64,000 nucleotides of DNA from an uncultured Clostridia bacterium (GTDB taxonomy: Bacteria > Bacillota > Clostridia > Christensenellales > UBA1242), in contig CALVNR010000006.1 in NCBI GenBank assembly GCA_944349905.1, forward strand, positions 8,573-72,572, given 5' to 3'. Under the pieces are notes generated by a model that saw nothing but the letters and a program-made list of their open reading frames with translations, was not told where the DNA came from and ran no database searches. This document shows, piece by piece, positions 30,250-38,371 of this stretch (the stretch's first letter is position 1; every line of letters begins with the position of its first letter). A program made the position numbers and the translations under genes.

Positions 30250-30705
30250 TTATAAGTAGCAAGGATTTTCAACTTTCTCCCAAATATCTCGAACATATTC
30301 ATTGTCTATCTTTGCGTTTTGAATAAAGTCTTCTTTGTTTTTAAAATAGGCAACTTCATCATCTTTTGGTCCCCAGCCCATTTCAATTCCGTTGTCGCCA
30401 TATCTATATAGGCAAAACATTAGGTTGTTATATTCAAATCCTGTTTCTCCATAAAACTCAAATGCTTCAAGAAAATCATCTAAATCGGGTTTCATAGGTT
30501 TGTTTTCCTTGTATAATTTTATTGCTTTATTTAATGGAATTAAGTTTGAAAATATAACATTGTCAGGGAATTCACTATATATTTTGCCATTATACCAACC
30601 ACAATTTGAGCATTCGCCCTGGTCGTAAACATCAGCCATATATTTATGATCGCAAACTGCACACTTTTTTTCAAATATTTTATCATATATATTTTTATTT
30701 TTCAT
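30250..30705 (-). CDS. CPCC-type zinc-ribbon protein (immunity-like), short paralogue
   Basis: 151 aa from ATG 30705 (AAGGAG SD, 11 nt after the preceding stop). CAVC-x17-CSNCGW ribbon plus a shared C-terminal domain. Confidence 0.7.
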   Translation of the reverse strand: MKNKNIYDKIFEKKCAVCDHKYMADVYDQGECSNCGWYNGKIYSEFPDNVIFSNLIPLNKAIKLYKENKPMKPDLDDFLEAFEFYGETGFEYNNLMFCLYRYGDNGIEMGWGPKDDEVAYFKNKEDFIQNAKIDNEYVRDIWEKVENPCYL

Positions 30706-30716
30706 TTTTACTCCTT

Positions 30717-31034
30717 TTAACAATATGAATTGTTTGTATCTTCGCCATTTGGACCTTTGTATGGAGGTCTTTGCTTTCCTGGTGGCTTAGTCCAATCCCA
30801 ATAATGGTCATGTGGAAAGGTGTGATTATGATGAGAATCGTTGTGTTTCCAATCTCTATCCCATAAATTTCTGCCATCTGGGCCATACCATCTTTGTTGT
30901 AACAGTTCTTTTGGATTGTCGATGTTATACAAATCCGTTCTCGTATTTGGAGGACCAAACGAACCTGGTATATTTTGTCCAACTTTTCCATATATCGGTT
31001 CATTTATTCCGCCACTTGGTTTACACATTCCCAT
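30717..31034 (-). CDS. Pro/Gly/His/Trp-rich small protein (toxin-module-like, unassigned)
   Basis: 105 aa. Its start overlaps the upstream stop (TAATG) behind GGAGGTG. Motif RWYGPDGRNLWDRDWKHNDSHHNHTFPHDHYWDW. Locally G+C-richer codons. Confidence 0.6.
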   Translation of the reverse strand: MGMCKPSGGINEPIYGKVGQNIPGSFGPPNTRTDLYNIDNPKELLQQRWYGPDGRNLWDRDWKHNDSHHNHTFPHDHYWDWTKPPGKQRPPYKGPNGEDTNNSYC

Positions 31035-31852
31035 TATATCACCTCCTGAGGCAAAATTTCAAAGCATTTTGAGATTGTTTCTCCGCCTATGCCGATAAGT
31101 TTGAATTTTAAGTATTTACCGATTAAGTTTTTTACTTTTAGTTCTGTTGTGAATAGTCCAGCGGTGTTATATTTTGTTTTAATTTTTTTCTCATCTAAAC
31201 ACCATTCAATTCTATCAGCAAATAGTGCTTTGATTTGGATAATTCCTTGATAGTTATCTACACCAATAGAGACAATTTTGGGAGAGCCTATCAAGTTTTC
31301 ATTTCTTTTTATTTCAAACAAATTTTTCATGTCATCAAATGACAGTTTGTCCCATTCAACACTTTCATATAGATTTTTTATTAAAGGGATATTGCTTTGA
31401 TTTACTTCAATTCCGCTCCCACCAAATTTTTCTAAATCCGCAATTATTTTCCAGCGCAAAACTTTGTTTCTTTCGTTATATTCAAGTAAAGACTTATTAA
31501 GATGTCCCGCAAACTGCATTTCTGAAGCATTGTTTATTGTCATAAAATGTTCCTGCGCTTGTTCGCCGTAGCCAAGTCTAACAGAGTTTTTAAAATGTTT
31601 AACTCCATGACACTTTGAGCAAATTGCAATAATTTGTTTTAAAGTTTGTGTTTTCTTTTCAATATCAAATGCCCATTCTTCGTGAGCATCAAGATTGCTT
31701 GTTTCATAACCACAAATTTCACATTTTCCATTTGCTCTTTTAAGTGCAAATTCGCGAAGTTTGTCCCAATCTTTTTTAGATAGTGTATTGCTAAAATCGT
31801 TGTTCCAAGCGCCTTTTGGGAGCATATTGATAGTTAGTTTTAAATCTTCCAT
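31034..31852 (-). CDS. HNH-like (beta-beta-alpha-metal/Zn-ribbon) N-domain protein with unknown C-domain
   Basis: 272 aa with CEICGY-x9-HEEW ... CSKCHGVKH. AGGAG SD 9 nt after the DUF4417 stop. Confidence 0.5.
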   Translation of the reverse strand: MEDLKLTINMLPKGAWNNDFSNTLSKKDWDKLREFALKRANGKCEICGYETSNLDAHEEWAFDIEKKTQTLKQIIAICSKCHGVKHFKNSVRLGYGEQAQEHFMTINNASEMQFAGHLNKSLLEYNERNKVLRWKIIADLEKFGGSGIEVNQSNIPLIKNLYESVEWDKLSFDDMKNLFEIKRNENLIGSPKIVSIGVDNYQGIIQIKALFADRIEWCLDEKKIKTKYNTAGLFTTELKVKNLIGKYLKFKLIGIGGETISKCFEILPQEVI

Positions 31853-31861
31853 AATTTGCTC

Positions 31862-32599
31862 CTATATTTCCGGATAAAGTTCGCCAGCAAAATATTTTCT
31901 AGTAAACTCACTTAGACCAATTTTTTTGATAAGTTCTTCTCGATTAAATGGGTCGATTGCTTTAACATTTCCAGTCATTTCTTCAAAAGGTGTTCCATAG
32001 CAAATAATTGCACTTGGCTTAATTTTTTCCATCATAATTTCATAGCCTTCCATAAAACCTTTTTTGTTATCTTCTCTTGTGTAGGTTGATACCGCCACAA
32101 CTGAACCTTCTTCAACACCATCGCAAAAGAATTCAAAGCAATCATATGAGCCCCATGAAATTGTTGGGATTACAAGCATACCTTGTTTTTGCCAAAATGC
32201 ACCACACCAACGATTTTTGAAAGTGCTATCAATTTGTCTAGCAAGTGGCATATCTTTATATGTGCTAAATTCAGGAGTAAGCAAAGCATAATATTGGTCT
32301 AGTTTTTCAAGTGATTGTTCAGGTTTTTCATAGACTGTTTCGAAATTCCAATCATAAGTGAAGAAGTGAATTGTTTTATTTTTGTTTTCTTCATCATCAT
32401 TTTTTGTTTTTAAATAACTTAATAACTCAATCTTATTTAAATCTATATTTTGTTTCTTGATTAGTGGCATTCCATATTTTCCACTTTTTACAAATTCATT
32501 TCTCACAAGTTTTTGTTTCTTTTTTCGCTTTTCTTCTTCATAATCAGTCGTATTTTCAGTATTAGAAAAAAGCGAATCAAGTTGTTCGTTATTTATCAT
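31862..32599 (-). CDS. DUF4417 domain protein
   Basis: 245 aa. The pattern HFFTYDWNFE...LLTPEFSTYKDMP...NRWCGAFWQKQGMLVIPTISW...FFCDGVEEGSVVAVST matches my recollection of the DUF4417 profile. Confidence 0.6.
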   Translation of the reverse strand: MINNEQLDSLFSNTENTTDYEEEKRKKKQKLVRNEFVKSGKYGMPLIKKQNIDLNKIELLSYLKTKNDDEENKNKTIHFFTYDWNFETVYEKPEQSLEKLDQYYALLTPEFSTYKDMPLARQIDSTFKNRWCGAFWQKQGMLVIPTISWGSYDCFEFFCDGVEEGSVVAVSTYTREDNKKGFMEGYEIMMEKIKPSAIICYGTPFEEMTGNVKAIDPFNREELIKKIGLSEFTRKYFAGELYPEI

Positions 32600-32722
32600 A
32601 TTAATTCTCCTTTTATTTTTTAAAACAAAAAGAGAATAACATTGAAATTTTTAGTTTTCAATGTTTTGTGACATCTTTTTTAATTTTGTTATATAAAATA
32701 TTCTTGTTTAATAAAATACAAT

Positions 32723-33412
32723 ATGAAATTTTTAACAATAAAGAAGCACACATTGTGTGTTATTTTGGCGGGTGTGATTTTTATTTGTTCGGTGGTTGGC
32801 GTTTGCTATGTGGTTAAGGCGGCAAGTTCGCCAAAGGCATTATACACCATTGTCATTGATGCAGGGCACGGCGGTAGAGATGGAGGAGCTATCGGCAAAG
32901 AGACAGGTATAACTGAAAGTCAATTAAATCTTGATTACGCATTAACACTAAAAGATATGTGTGAGGAGTTTGGATTTGATGTTATCCTTACAAGAAGCAC
33001 GATGGATGGATTATATGATGAAAATGCTTCAAACAAAAAGAAAAGTGAAATGGAAAAAAGAAAAAGTATAATAAACAACAGTGGTGCAGATATAATGGTT
33101 AGCTTGCACATGAATTCATTTCCATTAAGTTCTGCGCAAGGTGCACAAGTATTTTATGCGAAAGGTTCAGGGCAAGGTATGACACTTGCTAAGGGAATTC
33201 AAACAGCAATTTGCAAAAACTTTGAAAATGCAAGAGATTATGTTACTGTTGGAGATTATTTTGTTTTAAATTATTCTAATATACCTTCGGTTTTAATTGA
33301 ATGTGGTTTTCTTTCAAATCCAACAGAAGAAAGTCTTTTACAAGAAAAAGATTATAGACAAAATTTTTGTTATTCAATACTTGTAGGAATCATAAATTAT
33401 TTTGAAATGTAA
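32723..33412 (+). CDS. N-acetylmuramoyl-L-alanine amidase (Amidase_3, CwlD-like)
   Basis: Signal peptide/TM, DAGHGGRDGGA, SLHMNS and ECGFLSN motifs. Confidence 0.85.
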   Translation: MKFLTIKKHTLCVILAGVIFICSVVGVCYVVKAASSPKALYTIVIDAGHGGRDGGAIGKETGITESQLNLDYALTLKDMCEEFGFDVILTRSTMDGLYDENASNKKKSEMEKRKSIINNSGADIMVSLHMNSFPLSSAQGAQVFYAKGSGQGMTLAKGIQTAICKNFENARDYVTVGDYFVLNYSNIPSVLIECGFLSNPTEESLLQEKDYRQNFCYSILVGIINYFEM

Positions 33413-33472
33413 AGTAAATATTTGCTTTACTTTTTTTTATAGTTTTGCTAATCTTTTACAAAGGAGAAAGCA

Positions 33473-34027
33473 ATGCTTATAGTGGTATCAGGAGTTTCTG
33501 GCAGTGGGAAAAATACAGTTATAGAAAAGTTGATGGAAAAAGACAAAAATTTTAAAGTATTTAAGTCTGCAACTACAAGAAAAGCAAGAGAAAACGAAAA
33601 TAAGAAAGGTATTTACCTTTTTATGACAAAAGAAGAATTTGAAAAGAAAATTGAAAATAATGAATTTTTTGAATTTGAAAAAGTACATGACAATTTTTAT
33701 GGTATATTAAAAGTTCAACTTGATTTGGTTTGCAAAAACAAGCAATTTAATTATATTAGAGATATTGATGTTAATGGAAATTTAAAATTAAGAAAACATT
33801 TTGCAAAAGAAGATATTTTATCTATATTTTTGGATGCACCGGACGACATATTAAAGGATAGATTGATAAAAAGAGGTGAAAGCATTGAAAGTATTGATAA
33901 AAGATTGTCAAGAGCAAAGTTTGAAAGAAGTCACAAAGATAATTATGACCTTGTGATAGAAAACAAAGATTTAGAAAAAACAATAGATATTATTTGCAAA
34001 GAAATTAAAAAGAAAAAACAAAAATAA
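33473..34027 (+). CDS. guanylate kinase-like P-loop kinase
   Basis: P-loop GVSGSGKNT, then S.TTR and ...YG motifs in guanylate-kinase order. Confidence 0.65.
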   Translation: MLIVVSGVSGSGKNTVIEKLMEKDKNFKVFKSATTRKARENENKKGIYLFMTKEEFEKKIENNEFFEFEKVHDNFYGILKVQLDLVCKNKQFNYIRDIDVNGNLKLRKHFAKEDILSIFLDAPDDILKDRLIKRGESIESIDKRLSRAKFERSHKDNYDLVIENKDLEKTIDIICKEIKKKKQK

Positions 34028-34118
34028 ATGAGGAAATTAGACAAATTATGACATAGAGTTGAATATTTCGCCTATGTCATTTTTTAATATAAATTTATAA
34101 TGTTTTTATGGAGTATTT

Positions 34119-36395
34119 ATGAAAACAAAAGTTTTTTATTTTGCTGAGTTTCTTGCTTTTATCATTTTATTTTTCATTTTAAGTTTGGGTTCAATCAATG
34201 GCGTAATTTATCCATTTGCATTTTCAATGCTTTTTGCTCTTGCATGGGCAAATCAAAAAATTTGGATTTTATCACCCGCATATCTAATAGGTGGTCTTTG
34301 TGCAAATTTTTCAACAACAAATGCTATTTGTCTTATAGTAACAATTTTTGTTTTGGCTTTGCCATATTACATACATCTCATGTGCAAAAAGAGAATGAAA
34401 AAATGGGAACTTTTTATAAATTGCTTAGTCAGTCAAGTCGGAACTATATGTTTTCAAATTTTCAATAATTATAATATTTTTTTCACTATAACAAATGTTT
34501 TAGTTGGACTAGCATTTTTGTATTGTGCAATTTCATTTTTTGAGCCACTTCTTTTGCGTGGAACAGCGTTTAAATTTTCTAATTTTGAAATCATTTGTTC
34601 GGGCATTATCCTTGTTGCATTGGCAAGTGGATTAAGCAATTTCAATATAGCACAATTTTCTTTTTTAAAACTTTTTGCATCTTTTTTTATATTAGTTTTT
34701 ACTTGCATTTCATCAATAAAATTATCAATGACAGTTTCAGCGTTGTTTGGGTTGGGTAGCTTGCTTTCTTCAAACAACCCTATATATTTTGTCCCTTTTA
34801 TTTTGTGGGCGTTATTTTCAGGAATTTTTACAACAAAGCAAAAAATATTTTCTGTAATAGGACTATTAGTTGCAGAATTGATTTGCAGTCTATATTTCAA
34901 ATTGTATTACTCATTTGGCGTTATAGAAGCTTTGCCAGTTGTAATTTCATCTGTTTTGTTTTTATTAATACCTCAAAAATGGTATAAAGAAATTTCAGTT
35001 TTATTTGTATCTTCAAATGAGCGTCTTGCGGTAAAAAATATTGTAAATAGAAATAGGGAAATATTATTTCGCCGAATAGACAATTTGTCAGAAGTTTTTT
35101 TTGAAATGAACAGTGTTTTTAGAAAATTAATTAAAGCACAAATGACTCCCGACCAAGTGAAAGAAATGCTTTATGGAGAAATTAAAAGTTCTATTTGTAA
35201 AAATTGTCCAGAAAACAAACACTGTCACAGAACTTTTAGCAATGATACAAAAAAAGTCTTTGAAGAACTCATAACTATTGCATTGGAAAAAGGAAAAATC
35301 ACATTATTAGATATTCCAAGTTATTTATCTTCTAGATGTGGCAAAGCCAATATGTTGATAAGTGAAATAAACACATTAACAAATCAATATAGAAATTATA
35401 GTCAACTTGTTGAAAATGTGGATACAAGCAAACTGCTTATTTCTGATCAACTATCAGGAGTGGCTGGTCTTATGAAAAATCTTGCAGAAGAAGTAGAAGT
35501 TCCACTTTCGTTTGATAGTAAAAAAGAAGATAAAATTATTGACGAACTAGCTTTTAACAACATCGCATGTTTAGATGCTGTTGTTTACGATAAAAATGCT
35601 AGAACCATGGTTGCTTCATTGATAGTTAGAGACGAAGATGTTTCAAAAACAAGACTTCAAGGTGTGGTTTCCAAAATATGTGGAAACAAAATGAGTATTT
35701 TTGAAACTTATCCATCTGCAAAAGCAGGTTTGACAACAGTAAACTTAAAAACAGCTCCTAGGTATGATTGTATTTTTGGTGTAGCAAATCATATAAAATC
35801 AAACTCTTCTCAATCAGGAGATTGTTATAGTATAGAAAGATTAGATGGTGATAAATTTATGTTTGCCATTTGTGACGGTATGGGTAGTGGAGAAGAAGCA
35901 AAAGAAAAGTCTGAAACAGCAATAGGCTTGGTTGAAAATTTCTATAAAGCAGGTTTTGACAATGAAATAATTTTGTCATCAGTAAATAAGTTGCTTAACT
36001 TAGAGAAAGATGAAATGTTTTCAACTATTGATATTTGTGTTGTGGATTTAAAAAGTGGAATCGCTGATTTTGTGAAAATGGGAGCTTCATCTTCTTTTTT
36101 AAGAAACGAACAAGGATGCCAAATAATAGAAAGCGGTGCTTTACCAATAGGGGTGTTGCAAGATGCTTTGCCACTTGTCAAAAAAATTGTTCTTTCAGAA
36201 AAAGATTTCATTATTTTAGTAAGTGATGGAATTGCTGATGCCTTTGGTAGCGATAAAGATTTTAAAGATTTTTTGCTTACAATAAAAACAACAAACCCAC
36301 AAGAATATGCAGATGAAATTTTAGACAAAGCACTTGCAAACAATAATGGTTATGCTGTTGATGATATGAGTTGTTTGGTTGTAAAAATAATATAA
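34119..36395 (+). CDS. spoIIE: stage II sporulation protein E (PP2C phosphatase)
   Basis: ~10 N-terminal TM segments plus a C-terminal PP2C domain (CDGMGSGEEA ... VSDGI). Lies upstream of tilS, as in Bacillus. Confidence 0.88.
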   Translation: MKTKVFYFAEFLAFIILFFILSLGSINGVIYPFAFSMLFALAWANQKIWILSPAYLIGGLCANFSTTNAICLIVTIFVLALPYYIHLMCKKRMKKWELFINCLVSQVGTICFQIFNNYNIFFTITNVLVGLAFLYCAISFFEPLLLRGTAFKFSNFEIICSGIILVALASGLSNFNIAQFSFLKLFASFFILVFTCISSIKLSMTVSALFGLGSLLSSNNPIYFVPFILWALFSGIFTTKQKIFSVIGLLVAELICSLYFKLYYSFGVIEALPVVISSVLFLLIPQKWYKEISVLFVSSNERLAVKNIVNRNREILFRRIDNLSEVFFEMNSVFRKLIKAQMTPDQVKEMLYGEIKSSICKNCPENKHCHRTFSNDTKKVFEELITIALEKGKITLLDIPSYLSSRCGKANMLISEINTLTNQYRNYSQLVENVDTSKLLISDQLSGVAGLMKNLAEEVEVPLSFDSKKEDKIIDELAFNNIACLDAVVYDKNARTMVASLIVRDEDVSKTRLQGVVSKICGNKMSIFETYPSAKAGLTTVNLKTAPRYDCIFGVANHIKSNSSQSGDCYSIERLDGDKFMFAICDGMGSGEEAKEKSETAIGLVENFYKAGFDNEIILSSVNKLLNLEKDEMFSTIDICVVDLKSGIADFVKMGASSSFLRNEQGCQIIESGALPIGVLQDALPLVKKIVLSEKDFIILVSDGIADAFGSDKDFKDFLLTIKTTNPQEYADEILDKALANNNGYAVDDMSCLVVKII

Positions 36396-36545
36396 AAGTA
36401 AAAATTTAGCAAAAATTGCAAATTATAAATAAAAAAGCACTCATTTTTATAGTAAAAAGGTTAAAAAAAACATTATTTTTAAAAAATTGTATTGCACTAA
36501 CTGTTTTTTTGAGTTATAATAAAAAAGCTTAACGGGAGAATAGTT

Positions 36546-37880
36546 ATGTTTGAAAGTGTGGAACAATTTGTAAAAAATACTAAAATGTTTAGAAGTGGAG
36601 AAGTAATAGGTGTAGGGTTTAGCGGTGGTAGCGACTCTATGGCTTTACTGCATTATTTAGCAAAAAAACAAGAAGATTTTGATATAGAAATTGTGGCTAT
36701 ACATGTTGACCATGGAATTAGAGAAAATAGTTATAAAGATGCTGATTTTGCAAAAGAAAAAGCAAAAGAATTGGGTGTTCGTTTTTACAAATTTAGAGTA
36801 GATGCTCCTAAAATTGCAAAAGAAAAAAATGTAAGTTTAGAAACTGCTGCAAGAGATGCAAGATATGAAATTTTTAAAACTTTACTTAAAAAAGGTGTTG
36901 TAGATAAAATTGCACTTGCTCATCACATGCAAGACCAAGCAGAAACAATTTTAATGCATATATTTAGAGGTAGTGGAATTGCTGGTGCAAAAGGCATGGA
37001 ACCAATTAGAGATAATATATATGTAAGACCAATGCTTACAACTTCAAAAGAAGAAATATACGATTATTTAAATGTAAATCAACTTGACTATTGTGAAGAC
37101 GAAACAAATTTTGACATTGCTTACAACAGAAATTTTATAAGAAATGTAATTATGAAAGAAATTTTAACAAGATGGCCAAATGCAATTAAAGCGATTGCAT
37201 CTTTTGGTCAAGCAGTAAGCGAAGACGATGAATACATAAATAAAAATCTTTTTGCAGACGCTGTAATAATAGAAGGGGAAGAAGTTAAAATACCAACTAG
37301 TTATTTTTTCTTTGACAAGGCTATTATATCAAGAATAATTTTCAAAGCATTTAAATCAATTGGAGTAACAAAAGATATAGAAAGAAAACATGTTGATATG
37401 ATTATAGATCTGGCAAAGAATTTGGAAAACGGAAAGAAAGTTTCTTTACCTTTTGATATTGTTGCAATAAAAGAATATGACTATATATCAATAATTAATA
37501 AACATAAGGAAGAAGTTGTTTTAAACGAACCTTTTAAGTGTGGGGAATTTGATGTAGAAGGTCTTGGCAAGGTTGTTGTAAAAAGAGTAAAAGAATTTGT
37601 TCCACAAGAAGGTGTTTTGTATATAGATTACAGAAAAGTTCCTAAAACTGCTTCTTGGAGATTTAGACAAGATGGAGATGTTTTTGAAAAGTTTGGTGGT
37701 GGAACAAAAAAATTAAAATCTTACCTTATTGATAAAAAAATACCTTTAAGAACTAGAAATATTCTTCCAGTTCTTGCTGACGGCAATGAAGTTTATGCTA
37801 TTGCAGGGGTTGAAATCTCTGAAAAGGTCAAAGTTGAAAACGTGCCAACAGCATATATGGTGGAAATTAAAAGAAATTAA
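36546..37880 (+). CDS. tilS: tRNA(Ile)-lysidine synthase
   Basis: PP-loop motif GFSGGSDS. Length 444 aa. Confidence 0.9.
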   Translation: MFESVEQFVKNTKMFRSGEVIGVGFSGGSDSMALLHYLAKKQEDFDIEIVAIHVDHGIRENSYKDADFAKEKAKELGVRFYKFRVDAPKIAKEKNVSLETAARDARYEIFKTLLKKGVVDKIALAHHMQDQAETILMHIFRGSGIAGAKGMEPIRDNIYVRPMLTTSKEEIYDYLNVNQLDYCEDETNFDIAYNRNFIRNVIMKEILTRWPNAIKAIASFGQAVSEDDEYINKNLFADAVIIEGEEVKIPTSYFFFDKAIISRIIFKAFKSIGVTKDIERKHVDMIIDLAKNLENGKKVSLPFDIVAIKEYDYISIINKHKEEVVLNEPFKCGEFDVEGLGKVVVKRVKEFVPQEGVLYIDYRKVPKTASWRFRQDGDVFEKFGGGTKKLKSYLIDKKIPLRTRNILPVLADGNEVYAIAGVEISEKVKVENVPTAYMVEIKRN

Positions 37881-38184
37881 GCTATACTTAGATAAAATAG
37901 ATATGATTATATATAAAGATAAAAATGATAGGCAATCAAGAAATTGAAGTAAAAAATTTGGAATTTGTTATTGAAGAAGAAAAAGAATAAAGAGCAACTT
38001 TTTAGTTGCTCTTTTTTATAAACTAAATCTTTTATTACTTTTTCTCTTTCTGTAATATTTGCATTTTCCGTATTTTTTCTCCCTTTTCTCTATGCTATTA
38101 TTATATCACACAAAATTAAAATTTTCAAGTCCTAATAACAAAAAAAAGAGAAGTCACTAAAAAACTTCTCTACTTATATTACTT

Positions 38185-38270
38185 TGGTGCGGAAGATGGG
38201 AGTTGAACCCACAAGGTATTGCTACCACAGATACCTGAAACCTGCGCGTCTGCCATTTCGCCACTTCCGC
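38185..38270 (-). tRNA. tRNA-Leu (CAG)
   Basis: 86 nt: acceptor GCGGAAG/CTTCCGC, anticodon stem CAGGT/ATCTG with loop TTCAGGT, long variable arm, T-loop GGGTTCAACTCCC, encoded CCA. Confidence 0.85.
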
Positions 38271-38371
38271 AAAAATTGCTTGTGCATAAGCAAAAAATAA
38301 AAGAGTGCTTAAAACACTCTCTTATTTTATTCTTTTTTCTCTATTGTGTCAATGGTTTTATTTGTTTTGCA

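Larger units (their letters stand above)
28931..32660. mobile_element. integrase-less genomic island between duplicated amidase 5' ends (boundaries approximate)
   Basis: Bracketed by two diverged copies of the amidase promoter and 5' region. All five genes are on the opposite strand to their neighbours. Mosaic repeats inside. Confidence 0.55.

Noticed and set aside
30695-31098. Alternative-frame ORFs 30695..31003 (-), 30812..31072 (+) and 30841..31098 (+) overlapping the 105-aa gene
   Set aside because: Only 30717..31034 has a GGAGGTG SD, a TAATG coupling to the upstream gene, and a stop placed just before the next gene's SD. The other frames translate to featureless sequence.
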